From contig OZ245003.1 of NCBI GenBank assembly GCA_965223425.1, positions 1,664,001-1,728,000 on the forward strand: 64,000 nt of DNA, in the 5' to 3' direction. The translations under genes were made by a program, and so were the position numbers. The notes under the pieces are model-generated. The model worked only from the letters and a program-made list of their open reading frames with translations, was not told the DNA's origin and ran no database searches. Origin of the DNA: Nitrosopumilus sp. GTDB taxonomy: Archaea; Thermoproteota; Nitrososphaeria; Nitrososphaerales; Nitrosopumilaceae. Shown piece after piece: positions 11,313 to 20,909 of this stretch (the stretch's first letter is position 1; each line of letters begins with the position of its first letter).

Positions 11313-11740
11313 TTCTCACAAAGGAGATGATTATGGTTTTTGGGTTTGTCACAGTCATTGGCGGGGTGGCCATGGCACTCATTGTCTCTGATTTTCATGG
11401 GTCCGTAGGAGGAATTGTGCTGGATGTGCATGTCAATGCACATCTGGTAGTCGACAATGTGATAGTGCTGGACTATACCGTATACAACACCGGAACAACT
11501 GAAATATCCAGCGTTGATATAATTGTCAACTGCTTTGGGGGCGATGTGAAGGTTGGAAAACTGCGGCCGGGGGAATCCGTATCCGTATCTCCTGATGATA
11601 CTGAATATCTCAAACACGACCCTGCCAAATGTCCCGGTTTGCCGCCGTCAGGTGGCGATGCCATAATTGTAAAGTTTGAGGCAACGGACAGCCTTGGAAA
11701 CAGCGACGCATTTACAAAAAACGTCATTCTCAGGGGATGA
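11309..11740 (+). CDS. Type IV pilin-like protein
   Basis: MILTKE + hydrophobic helix; 'TVYNTGT', 'LRPGES'; third paralogue. Confidence 0.6.
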   Translation: MILTKEMIMVFGFVTVIGGVAMALIVSDFHGSVGGIVLDVHVNAHLVVDNVIVLDYTVYNTGTTEISSVDIIVNCFGGDVKVGKLRPGESVSVSPDDTEYLKHDPAKCPGLPPSGGDAIIVKFEATDSLGNSDAFTKNVILRG

Positions 11741-11979
11741 ACCTGATGGCATGACGGCCTGCAAATGCGGTTTGTTTATGGACATGGATATTGTCGCTGC
11801 CATGAACATATCACGCAAGCTGCCCCCCAGGTTTAGGGGCAGTAGAGGTGGCATATGTGAAGCGCAGTCCGGCACTTTTGAGCAGGCGATTACGGAATCC
11901 GGCACACCATTGGCAGTCCGAATAGCCGATATGTCAAAGTCAAGTTATAGGGGTCAACTCCCGATAACTTTACAGAACC
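11741..11979 (+). mobile_element. IS200/IS605-like remnant: TnpB C-terminal fragment and right end
   Basis: Translation 'CKCGLFMDMDIVAAMNI' matches the TnpB Zn-ribbon/RuvC-III 'C..CG...DRD.NAA.NI'. Last ~95 bp is repeated at 22026..22120, both ending at CAGAACC. Confidence 0.65.
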
Positions 11980-12050
11980 ACAAATAACATATCAAAAAGT
12001 GATTCCCTACACCGGCATAAATTAACCCCTTTAATACAAATCATCTCTGT

Positions 12051-13910
12051 ATGGTTGTGGCAAAGAGACAGATAAAAAAGGAGGAGATAAAGTCACTGGC
12101 GCTGCATCCACTGAACATCAGATATGCCTCAGAGGAGTCAGTCCATGGAACCACCGAGCTTGACTCGATACTGTACAAGTATTCCGATTTAATCAACTCC
12201 ATCTCAAGGCCGCTGACAATTGATGCCGTAAAGGACTATGAGACGCTGATGTTCAACAAGACCCCCCATTTGTGCAACTTTGACCGCGTGATATTCAACT
12301 CCTCTGAAAACCTAGAGCCCATGCTGCACTCAAACTCGATGGAATTTTATCCAGTAGAGACAAGAAAGTGGGAGGTCGAAAAGGAACTCTCAGACCACAT
12401 GGTGCTGGCGGGGGGAATGCACTGCAAGATGTACACCCTTACAAACATGCATGCCGAGCTGCCGCCCGGATGGATTTACGAGCCGTTTTCCAATTCCGAT
12501 TTTCTGAGAATATTCATCAAGCCCGTCCCAAAGGAAAGGCACCTAAAGACAATCAACTCACACAAGTCACTGCAGGCCACCAGGAGCTCGGCCGAAGACA
12601 TGGACCAAACTGACGACGTGGCGGCAATCAGGGAGCTTGTACTGAATGCAAAGACTGACAACCTGTTCTCAGTTATAATCAATGCGGGAATTCTGGGGAT
12701 TGATGCCGAATCCATGCAGGAGAAAATAAAGGAGTTTGAGGCCTCTGACAACAAAAACAGAACAGAGATGTACTCCATGAAGAACGTGCAGTCAAAGTTT
12801 CTGCGCGGACAGATGGGACAGAAGCACCTGATGGTCCGCAGCTCAATGCCCGCACTCATTCCGTTTGTAACATCGGAGATTTATGAGGACGGCGGATGTC
12901 TCCTGGGGCGCAACATGATTACCGGCAACCCGGTAAAGTGGGACATCAACCAGAGGATCAACAGGAATACAGTCCTGGCAGCAACGTCGGGTTCCGGCAA
13001 GACCACCCTTGCAATGATGATAATCCACGCGTTTGAGAAGATGTATCCGGACACCTTCATCTTCGTGATTGATCCCGAATCCGAGTACAGGGCCTTGTCT
13101 GACAACATGGGATTCCATTATTTGGACTATTCATCGGGAACAAAGCTCGGGTTTGACGTGTTCAAGATGGTGGCAGACCCCATCTCGGCGGTAGAGACGC
13201 TCTGCGATGTGCTGCAGGTGCCCTCACTTGATCGGACCCTGCCGTTCCAGGCGGCGGCCAGGATGTCGATCAGAAAGGAGGACAGGGACTTTTTCAAGTT
13301 TTATGATGAACTGGTAAAGCTGGAGGAGGGCTCCCATGGCGCCACGCCATCGCAGTATTTCTCAATTCTGGCCGAGCCGCCATTCAATACGCTGCTGCAG
13401 GGCAGGCCGCCAACTGACAACAAGATTGTACTCTCACTCAAAAACATAGGAAGTGCGGGAGGCGCGGTGCAGAGAATTATCACGCAGATTGCCCTGGCAT
13501 ACGCGATGGGAAAGTCGCTGATGATGCCCAAGATTGTGCCAAAGCTCTTCATGTTGGACGAGGTCTGGATGCTTCTCCAGCACGAATCCCTTGGAAACTA
13601 CATACAGAACCTCTCAAGGCGCGGAAGAAAATACAACATAAACATGATGATGGCATCGCAGAACATCGAGGACATGACAGAGAACCCGGCGGCAAGAAAC
13701 GTGCTGGTCAATTCGGACACGGTGATGTTTCTGAGGCAGTCTGAAACCACTCTAAAGTCCCTTGTCACGCATTTCGTGCTGTCTTCGGAGGCTGCAACTA
13801 CTCTGATGCGGCTGAAGGTGGGGCAGGCGATGATAAAATTCGGGAATAGCATGGTACCGGCAAACGTAATGCCCGACGAGGAGCAGCTCAAGCTCTTCAA
13901 GCCAAAGTGA
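12051..13910 (+). CDS. virB4: VirB4-like conjugative transfer ATPase
   Basis: Walker A ATSGSGKT, 'IDPESEY', Walker B MLDEVW, 'RRGRKYN', 'ASQNIED'. Confidence 0.8.
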   Translation: MVVAKRQIKKEEIKSLALHPLNIRYASEESVHGTTELDSILYKYSDLINSISRPLTIDAVKDYETLMFNKTPHLCNFDRVIFNSSENLEPMLHSNSMEFYPVETRKWEVEKELSDHMVLAGGMHCKMYTLTNMHAELPPGWIYEPFSNSDFLRIFIKPVPKERHLKTINSHKSLQATRSSAEDMDQTDDVAAIRELVLNAKTDNLFSVIINAGILGIDAESMQEKIKEFEASDNKNRTEMYSMKNVQSKFLRGQMGQKHLMVRSSMPALIPFVTSEIYEDGGCLLGRNMITGNPVKWDINQRINRNTVLAATSGSGKTTLAMMIIHAFEKMYPDTFIFVIDPESEYRALSDNMGFHYLDYSSGTKLGFDVFKMVADPISAVETLCDVLQVPSLDRTLPFQAAARMSIRKEDRDFFKFYDELVKLEEGSHGATPSQYFSILAEPPFNTLLQGRPPTDNKIVLSLKNIGSAGGAVQRIITQIALAYAMGKSLMMPKIVPKLFMLDEVWMLLQHESLGNYIQNLSRRGRKYNINMMMASQNIEDMTENPAARNVLVNSDTVMFLRQSETTLKSLVTHFVLSSEAATTLMRLKVGQAMIKFGNSMVPANVMPDEEQLKLFKPK

Positions 13911-16627
13911 TGACACCGGTCAGTAACGACTATTCCGTGATTGGGTACGTCGGGGACAATGCGGATTCGGGCAGGCCTGTGGGGAAGAAAACCGGCAACC
14001 GGCATTCCGGGACGGAATGCGCCGGGGAGAGGATGCTCTCCATTCCAAACAAAATCAGGCAGAACTTTGCAATTTTCGGGGAGATTGGTTCGGGCAAGTC
14101 CTCGATACTGCGGCTGCTGATACTCCAGGACATCCAGGCCGGGAGGGGGTTTCTCCTGGCTGAAAACCACAACGAGCTGTCAAGGGAGATACTCTCAATG
14201 ATTCCGCCCGACCAGTACCACAAAATCGTGTATGTTAATCTGACATCGCTGAGAAAATGGGACAAGACGATGCGCTTTAATCCGCTGCGGTGCGATGATC
14301 CGGTGGATTCTGGGATGGTGGCGCTGACATTCACCGAATGCATGGCAAGGGCGTTTTCTGACTCGTGGGGGGCGCGTGTCGAGACGTGCACCAGGAACGG
14401 CGCCCTTGCAACGATTGGCACGTCAAGCAATACCATCGGAGTCATGCTGAAGCTGCTCACTGACAAGGCCTACCGGGAGGCCTTTGTTCCGACCATACAG
14501 AACAAGCAGGCAAGGGACTTTTTTCTCCACGTGTACGACGAGCAGTATCCAAAGGAGGCAGGAGGTGTCGTCTTCAACAAGCTTAACAAAATGATGACAA
14601 TCCCGGAGATGGATGCGATGTTCAACACCAGCAAGTCGTCAATTGACTTTGCCAAAATAATCGATGAGGGAATGTACGTCATACTTGATTTTGGCGGAGG
14701 CCTCCCCGATGATATGGTACGGTTTCTCGGAAACGTCTTCATGCACCTGTTCTATACCACATACAGGAAGAGGGTCAAGGAGCCTGACGGCACCTACAGG
14801 CCGTTTAACCTGTATCTGGACGAGGTGCAGACGTTCTCGCCATCAATGATTCGTGAGCTGCTCAATACCGTGAGAAAATACGGCATCAAAATGACGGTGG
14901 CAACGCAGTCGGTATCTGCACTGGACAGGGACCTCTCCGACGAGATTGCCACGCTGTGCCGCGCAATTGCGTGCTTTAGGTGCGACGTAAAGACTGCCGC
15001 ACACCTCAAGGCCATACTTCCGTGTACCGTGGAGAAGCAGCAGGCACTGTCATGGCACGTCTTCTCGTTTTATTCCGGAGGGGATTCGCCAATAAAGGCA
15101 GTAGCCAGGACAAGACACCTGCAGGTAGCGCAGAGGTGGGAGCAGGCGGCAAGATCCAGCGTGGAGAGGCTTGGGGAGTTTGTCTCACTGGAGAAATACT
15201 ACAACCAGTCCGGAGGAAACGCCGAGGTGTTGCTGTCCCCGCTCGAGTTTGGAATACTGAACTACCTTCGCATGGAGAACAGGGACGTTTCACGGGACGA
15301 GATAACCAAGGTCATGACAAGAAGGTACAGGACTGATGCCAGAACAGTGGCTTCTGCGATAAATGACACGCTGATTGACTCGCACCATTTTGTCGAAAAG
15401 CACGACATACTCACCGATGACGGGGACAGCAACTTTGAGTCGAGGTACTCTGTCACGTCCACTGCAATCAAGATTGTATTCTCAAAGGCGGCCTCGGGCA
15501 GACGTGCGGGAGGGGACATGCACCTTGCAATGATATTCATGATTCAGGACGTGCAGATGAACCTCGGAAATTACTGCGTTGTGGACAGGGGGACTGGCGC
15601 TGCAAGGCATGCCGACCTGCTGATGTTTTCCCCAGAGAAGATAAGGGACGGCGAGGGAAATGAGATAGCATACCACCCTCACGAGTGGTCAAAGGATATA
15701 ATCGCAGTAGAGGTGGAGACTGCCCCTGGAAAGCACATGGAGCAGGTAGTCACAAACTACAAGAAAAACCACGAAATGGGATACTTTTTGCAGTTTGTAG
15801 TTTTTTCAGAAAGTGACAAGGAGAAGATAGTCAACGCGTTCAGACACGCAAAGATAGGCCAAAAGGAATACTCCATCACGGTCATGAACACGGGCATTCT
15901 GACCTCAGTGGATATGAACTCTGAATCAGTAAGGCAGTTCAGCCCGATACAGACATCGATATTTTCCATTCTGTTAAACGCCGGCGGAATGGCAGCAGAG
16001 CAGTACATCATTGACAACTCATGGAGACACGAGCCAAAACATATCATGGAAACCCTTGCCTCCATGGCAAAGAAGGGCGAGCTTGGGTCTGAGGAGAGGC
16101 AGATCCAGAACCCGTCCAATCCCGATGATCCGTCCGACAAAAAGACAGTAAGGATGTGGAAGCTGGCAGGATACTCTTCCTCTGCAAACAAGAAAAAAGA
16201 CGAAGAGAAAAGAGACGGCGTGGCACCAAAGCTGACAGAGGACACATTTTCCGTATCACGACCTGAGCCGATGGGGCTGTACAGCAGGGACCACTATGAT
16301 CCCGATCCTGGGAAAAAAGACAGGGGGACAGAAGAGGACTCGGAAGCGAAGGGAATGGTACGGCAGTCTGTGAGGGGGGCATGTCCACAGAAAGACAAGG
16401 ATACGGAACCGGAGAAGGCCACGGAACGGAATCATGATGACATCTACCGGGATCTTGATGAGAACATGCTGCTTGACATTTTCATCGCACACGACGTAAA
16501 CGACGAAAAAGAGGACATGCGGAGAATAAGGGAGGTGCTCAATGTGCGCGGGTTCTGCATCAAGCGGCGCGGCCACAACAACTTTTTTGTTGCAAAGATT
16601 CCAAAAAAGAAAAATTCCTCAAGGTGA
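13907..16627 (+). CDS. virD4: VirD4/TraD-like coupling ATPase with long C-terminal extension (possible wHTH + PD-(D/E)xK-like domain)
   Basis: GEIGSGKS, 'RFNPL', LYLDEVQ, 'RKYGIKMTVATQS'; extension carries 'HADLL...IAVEVET'. Confidence 0.75.
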   Translation: MMTPVSNDYSVIGYVGDNADSGRPVGKKTGNRHSGTECAGERMLSIPNKIRQNFAIFGEIGSGKSSILRLLILQDIQAGRGFLLAENHNELSREILSMIPPDQYHKIVYVNLTSLRKWDKTMRFNPLRCDDPVDSGMVALTFTECMARAFSDSWGARVETCTRNGALATIGTSSNTIGVMLKLLTDKAYREAFVPTIQNKQARDFFLHVYDEQYPKEAGGVVFNKLNKMMTIPEMDAMFNTSKSSIDFAKIIDEGMYVILDFGGGLPDDMVRFLGNVFMHLFYTTYRKRVKEPDGTYRPFNLYLDEVQTFSPSMIRELLNTVRKYGIKMTVATQSVSALDRDLSDEIATLCRAIACFRCDVKTAAHLKAILPCTVEKQQALSWHVFSFYSGGDSPIKAVARTRHLQVAQRWEQAARSSVERLGEFVSLEKYYNQSGGNAEVLLSPLEFGILNYLRMENRDVSRDEITKVMTRRYRTDARTVASAINDTLIDSHHFVEKHDILTDDGDSNFESRYSVTSTAIKIVFSKAASGRRAGGDMHLAMIFMIQDVQMNLGNYCVVDRGTGAARHADLLMFSPEKIRDGEGNEIAYHPHEWSKDIIAVEVETAPGKHMEQVVTNYKKNHEMGYFLQFVVFSESDKEKIVNAFRHAKIGQKEYSITVMNTGILTSVDMNSESVRQFSPIQTSIFSILLNAGGMAAEQYIIDNSWRHEPKHIMETLASMAKKGELGSEERQIQNPSNPDDPSDKKTVRMWKLAGYSSSANKKKDEEKRDGVAPKLTEDTFSVSRPEPMGLYSRDHYDPDPGKKDRGTEEDSEAKGMVRQSVRGACPQKDKDTEPEKATERNHDDIYRDLDENMLLDIFIAHDVNDEKEDMRRIREVLNVRGFCIKRRGHNNFFVAKIPKKKNSSR

Positions 16628-16745
16628 CCATTTCTCGCATATGTGCCGCCGGTCAGAAGATACGGCCGGGCGCAATTTGATTTGGGGAATATCCGTATTG
16701 AGTGGCAAATTTTCGCTTTAAATTCTAATTGTAACAGCAGATACA

Positions 16746-17120
16746 ATGATAGCAAAAAACAAGGGCGATGACATAAGCGATGCGTTTCGTGGACCTGTCG
16801 GATACTTTGCAATAGCGTTGATTGTGATTGGAGCTGCATCAGCATATGCAAATACATTAGGAGCGGGCGACGATACACCAACAGCACCAGACAAGCCCAT
16901 ATTTGGATTTATCACCAATGCCATTAATGAGTTCAGATACGTTCTTGACATTGTTGTTCCGGTGGTGATTATTGCCGGTGCGGTCATGATAGGACTTACG
17001 CTGAGACTTGACAGCACACACACAAACCAGAAAAGACTGCGATATCCATGTAAGTTGACGCTTTCACGTGCGGCACGCATGGCCAATTCACCAATATTAT
17101 TGATAAAGCGTCATTTTTGA
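16746..17120 (+). CDS. Small two-TM membrane protein (candidate T4SS pilin/membrane subunit)
   Basis: Two hydrophobic segments; directly downstream of virB4/virD4. Confidence 0.45.
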   Translation: MIAKNKGDDISDAFRGPVGYFAIALIVIGAASAYANTLGAGDDTPTAPDKPIFGFITNAINEFRYVLDIVVPVVIIAGAVMIGLTLRLDSTHTNQKRLRYPCKLTLSRAARMANSPILLIKRHF

Positions 17121-17512
17121 AATTGGCACTGATATCAATATTTTTTATCTCATTTTTGTCAGCAGTATATGCGGTATTTCTAGACGGAATGATGGAGGAA
17201 TACGGGGTTTTTGTGGCCCTGGGAATTTACGGCGCGGCCTTTGCGGCTGATTTTCTTTCCACCATATTCGCGCAGGACGCACAAAAGAGGGAAAAGAATC
17301 CCATCGCAAGATACATGTCAAAATTTGTCGGGTTTCGCACGTCACTTGTCCTGGTCGGGGCAGTCGGTCTCTCAATACAGATTGTGGCGTATCTTGTGAC
17401 AGGCAACATGATAGTCACATACCTTATGGCGGTACTGCACGCATATGCCGCCTTTTCAAATCTGTGGCATCAAAAATCCGCCTCAAATACAAAACATGTT
17501 GAAACATTGTGA
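17117..17512 (+). CDS. Membrane protein (DUF5658-like)
   Basis: Several TM segments; 'ADFLST...EKNPIA' motif. Confidence 0.5.
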   Translation: MKLALISIFFISFLSAVYAVFLDGMMEEYGVFVALGIYGAAFAADFLSTIFAQDAQKREKNPIARYMSKFVGFRTSLVLVGAVGLSIQIVAYLVTGNMIVTYLMAVLHAYAAFSNLWHQKSASNTKHVETL

Positions 17513-18018
17513 ACATGAACAAGATAAAAATTGTAAATGTCGTGGCAAAGGCGGTGATTGCGGGCCATGACAACAACACAATACTAAAGACCGTAAGAAA
17601 TGCAGAATACCGCCCGAACAATTTTCCCGCGATCGGAATAAAGACTGCAAAGGCAAAGATATGGCTGTACAATTCCGGGAAGGTGACATCGACTGGGACA
17701 AATTCCATGGATGAGGCACTTGTCAGCATAACTGACTTTGTGCATGAGATGGCGAGGCTTGGCATGTCAATCAAGATGATATCAGAGCCGAGGGTCGTGC
17801 TGGTCGTGGCCAACGTCTTTGTCTCAAAGAAGCTTGACATCATAAAGATGCGGCACATGGTAAAGTCGTCGCAGCCGAGGTTTACGTCGCGTACCGTGCA
17901 GTTTGGCGACGGAAAACATGCAAGAATCTATGACAACAACGCCGTGATTGCCAGTGCGTCCTCCATAGACGGGATCATTGAGATCGTAAAGAAGCTTGAA
18001 AAATACCAGATGGAATGA
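17509..18018 (+). CDS. tbp: TATA-box binding protein homologue (divergent)
   Basis: 'IKIVNVVA', 'AEYRPNNFPAI', 'LYNSGKVTSTGT' match TBP repeat 1; repeat 2 is degenerate. Confidence 0.8.
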   Translation: MNMNKIKIVNVVAKAVIAGHDNNTILKTVRNAEYRPNNFPAIGIKTAKAKIWLYNSGKVTSTGTNSMDEALVSITDFVHEMARLGMSIKMISEPRVVLVVANVFVSKKLDIIKMRHMVKSSQPRFTSRTVQFGDGKHARIYDNNAVIASASSIDGIIEIVKKLEKYQME

Positions 18019-18218
18019 GAATTTTACGGTTAAATACAAATCTGTTACGTGACTTTGTGCATATACCACGTACATGTCCCAAATGCGGTGGAGAGATGTA
18101 CTGTGCGTCTTATGTCGTTATAATTGCACTCCTTAGGGAGAGGAACTGGCATGTCTGCAAAAAGTGCGGGTTTGAGCAGAATGTTGAGAGGTTTAAGAAC
18201 ACGCTGTTTTGCAGGTGA
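18015..18218 (+). CDS. Small zinc-ribbon protein
   Basis: CPKCG ... CKKCG; ATGA overlap with tbp. Confidence 0.55.
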   Translation: MRILRLNTNLLRDFVHIPRTCPKCGGEMYCASYVVIIALLRERNWHVCKKCGFEQNVERFKNTLFCR

Positions 18219-18472
18219 TGTATGTTTTGAAAATAAAAAATCGTGTTACAATGCCGCACAGAAACCACAAAAGGAGGAATCCATAATGATATGACAAGGA
18301 CGATGCGAGGCGTCATGACCGATTGCATCTATGAAGAGGCGTCTGCAGAAATATTTTATGGCAGAAAAGACCCGTGCAAAATGCGCCCGCATGATGTGGT
18401 CAAAACGTCGGCAAGCAGAGAAAAAACAACGAAGAGCGAAAATTTCTTGACGAATCCTGAGAAAATGACAGG

Positions 18473-18944
18473 ATTTCCGTAACGAAAAAGTTACGGCCCC
18501 ATTGAAGCCTTTACGTGAATAGTGAATCTAAGGATGCCTGCTCATTTCCGTAACGAAAAAGTTACGGCCCCATTGAAGCCGCCGGAACGCACATCAAATC
18601 CATATTTCAGGAAAGAATTTCCGTAACGAAAAAGTTACGGCCCCATTGAAGCGACTTTACTAAAATCCAAAATAAGCGGAATGTAACGGATTTCCGTAAC
18701 GAAAAAGTTACGGCCCCATTGAAGCGTCATGATGATTTAGGATTAAAACCAGTGTAGAGTAATTTCCGTAACGAAAAAGTTACGGCCCCATTGAAGCAAA
18801 ATGCCGCTCAGGCATCTTGATCCGGCGGCCAAAAAATTTCCGTAACGAAAAAGTTACGGCCCCATTGAAGCCATCATAGGAACCCCAGGATCAGGCAAGA
18901 CTACACTGATTTCCGTAACGAAAAAGTTGCGGCCCCATTGAGGC
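18473..18944 (+). CRISPR. CRISPR array, 7 repeats / 6 spacers, type I-G-like repeat, no adjacent cas genes
   Basis: 36-bp repeat ATTTCCGTAACGAAAAAGTTACGGCCCCATTGAAGC at 18473, 18544, 18617, 18690, 18762, 18836 and 18909 (last degenerate). Spacers 35-38 bp; internal hairpin CCGTAAC/GTTACGG; leader on the left. Confidence 0.97.
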
Positions 18945-18990
18945 AAACGGCCCCGATATCTCTGTCAAATCCAGTCATCAAAAAACACAG

Positions 18991-19608
18991 ATGACAAAAT
19001 ATCTATTTATACCAAAAAATTCAGACAATCATGTGTTCGGCAAGAAAAAGGAAGGGAAGGACAAGGATCAAATTATAGACGAGAATGAATCCGAAAAAAT
19101 CAGGGACAGGCTTGATCCTGGCGAGAGCATAATAATGTCGGCAAGGCAGTCCCGCATAAGACCGGGAGGTGCGGCTGCCATAAATCCAAACACAATTTTC
19201 ATCACGGAAAAACGCGTGATAATCAGAAACCCGATACGCCTGGGATACGGCGAGCACATCGAGGAATACTATTACCACCAGATAACAAACGTGAGGCTGG
19301 AGAAGGGACTGTTCTCCTCATCGCTTGTGTTTGCAATTCCCGGACTGACGGAAATATCAAAGAGCGACCGCAAACTTGTTCCGTGGGGAAGGGACTCTGA
19401 GGGAGTTATAGATGCCATCCAAAAGGAGATTGCAGAAAAAATGTATGACTATATCAGGGAAAGAATCAAATCTGAAAAGAGTAAAAAGGACGGCCAATCG
19501 CAACAATACTCCGGCGACGAAGATCCAATAAAAATTCTCAAGGCAAGGTACGCACGAGGGGAAATCTCAAAGGACGAGTTTGAATCGATGAAAAAGGATT
19601 TGGAATAG
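18991..19608 (+). CDS. Bacterial-type PH domain protein with C-terminal SHOCT domain
   Basis: 'IFITEKRVII', 'ITNVRLEKGLF'; SHOCT 'ILKARYARGEISKDEFE'. Confidence 0.75.
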   Translation: MTKYLFIPKNSDNHVFGKKKEGKDKDQIIDENESEKIRDRLDPGESIIMSARQSRIRPGGAAAINPNTIFITEKRVIIRNPIRLGYGEHIEEYYYHQITNVRLEKGLFSSSLVFAIPGLTEISKSDRKLVPWGRDSEGVIDAIQKEIAEKMYDYIRERIKSEKSKKDGQSQQYSGDEDPIKILKARYARGEISKDEFESMKKDLE

Positions 19609-19741
19609 TCAGTCACGGTGTTTGGTGCAAAGGGACGGTCCAATCACTAGAATACATCATCCCATGTAGTAATAATTGATGTTATGATCTTCCCTCTTCT
19701 GCAAAAAACCCGTCTTTTATCCAACGTACATACGCGATTGC

Positions 19742-20179
19742 GTGAACGTTGAGATAGTTCCCGCAGGCGTAAAGGATGCGTGCGACTTTTACAGGCTGGA
19801 GGCCAAATGCTTTGGGATGGACGAGAATCCCGACACGCTGTACTTTTGGGTTCCGATACTAGAGCATCAACACTGCTACAAGGCAGTTTGTGGCGGTTCC
19901 CTGGTTGGCGGAATAGTGTCAATGCCGACACGCGACAAAAGATGGTACATCAACTCGCTGTTTGTCGATCCAATGTACAGAAGAAAAAAAATAGCAAGCG
20001 GGCTTTTGGGGAAGATAGTCGGCATTGCACGGTGCGACATCGTACTTGATGTCAAGACAGACAGGCCCCATCTTGTCGAATTCTACCAGGAGCGCGGGTT
20101 CAAAAAGGAAAAGACGTCAGTCGGGCACTATTACGACGGTTCCGACCGGTTCATAATGCAAAAAGCACACCCAAACTAG
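19742..20179 (+). CDS. GNAT-family N-acetyltransferase
   Basis: 'INSLFVDPMYRRKKIASGLL', 'FYQERGF'. Confidence 0.8.
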   Translation: MNVEIVPAGVKDACDFYRLEAKCFGMDENPDTLYFWVPILEHQHCYKAVCGGSLVGGIVSMPTRDKRWYINSLFVDPMYRRKKIASGLLGKIVGIARCDIVLDVKTDRPHLVEFYQERGFKKEKTSVGHYYDGSDRFIMQKAHPN

Positions 20180-20323
20180 CCATCTTGCCTGCATCTGTGT
20201 CTATCAGAGGCCGCATCCCATCCATAATGCCAAATTCAAAATCCACACAGGGACACGAATCCCAATTCAATGGAAACGGCGCATTCATCAGACAGCATGC
20301 CAAAATCAGGTTTATAACAAAAC

Positions 20324-20899
20324 ATGGCAGGCAGGTGCGTGTTTGGAAAAAAAGACAAGAACCAGATAATAGACGCAAAAGAGTCTGAAAAAATCAGAGA
20401 GAGGCTTGATTCTGATGAAACCATTGTAATGTCGGCAAGGCAGTCCAGGATAAAGCCCGGAGGCGCCGCCGCCGTAACTCCCAACACCATATTTGTGACA
20501 GAAAAGCGGGTAATAATCAGAAACCCGACACGTCTGGGGTTCGGAGAGAACATCGAGGAATACTATTTCCGCCAGATCACAAACATCAGGCTGGAGAAGG
20601 GCATATTCTCCTCGTCGATTGTGCTTGCAATTCCCGGACTGACTGAAATCTCAAAGTATGACAGAAAGCTCACCATGTGGGGCAGGGAATCCGAAGGGGT
20701 GATAGATGCCATACCAAAGGAGATTGCAGAAAAAATATATGATTATGTCAGAAGGAAGATCAATGAAGCCAAGGAGAAAAAGAACATTCCATCCAGTCAT
20801 TCGGCCGGGAACAGCCCCATGAGAATTCTCCAGTCAAGGTATGCGCGAGGAGAAATCTCAAAGGGCAAGTTTGAATCGATGAAAAAGGATTTGGAATAG
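20324..20899 (+). CDS. PH + SHOCT domain protein, paralogue of 18991..19608
   Basis: High similarity to the 18991 protein over its length. Confidence 0.75.
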   Translation: MAGRCVFGKKDKNQIIDAKESEKIRERLDSDETIVMSARQSRIKPGGAAAVTPNTIFVTEKRVIIRNPTRLGFGENIEEYYFRQITNIRLEKGIFSSSIVLAIPGLTEISKYDRKLTMWGRESEGVIDAIPKEIAEKIYDYVRRKINEAKEKKNIPSSHSAGNSPMRILQSRYARGEISKGKFESMKKDLE

Positions 20900-20909
20900 A
20901 GCAGTCAAA

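Noticed and set aside
11900-11920. CCATTGGCAGTC shared between the IS ends and hammerhead stem III
   Set aside because: Only 12 nt, with no catalytic core around it; treated as coincidence.
18243-18482. 79-aa ORF before the array
   Set aside because: Overlaps the CRISPR leader and first repeat; likely spurious.
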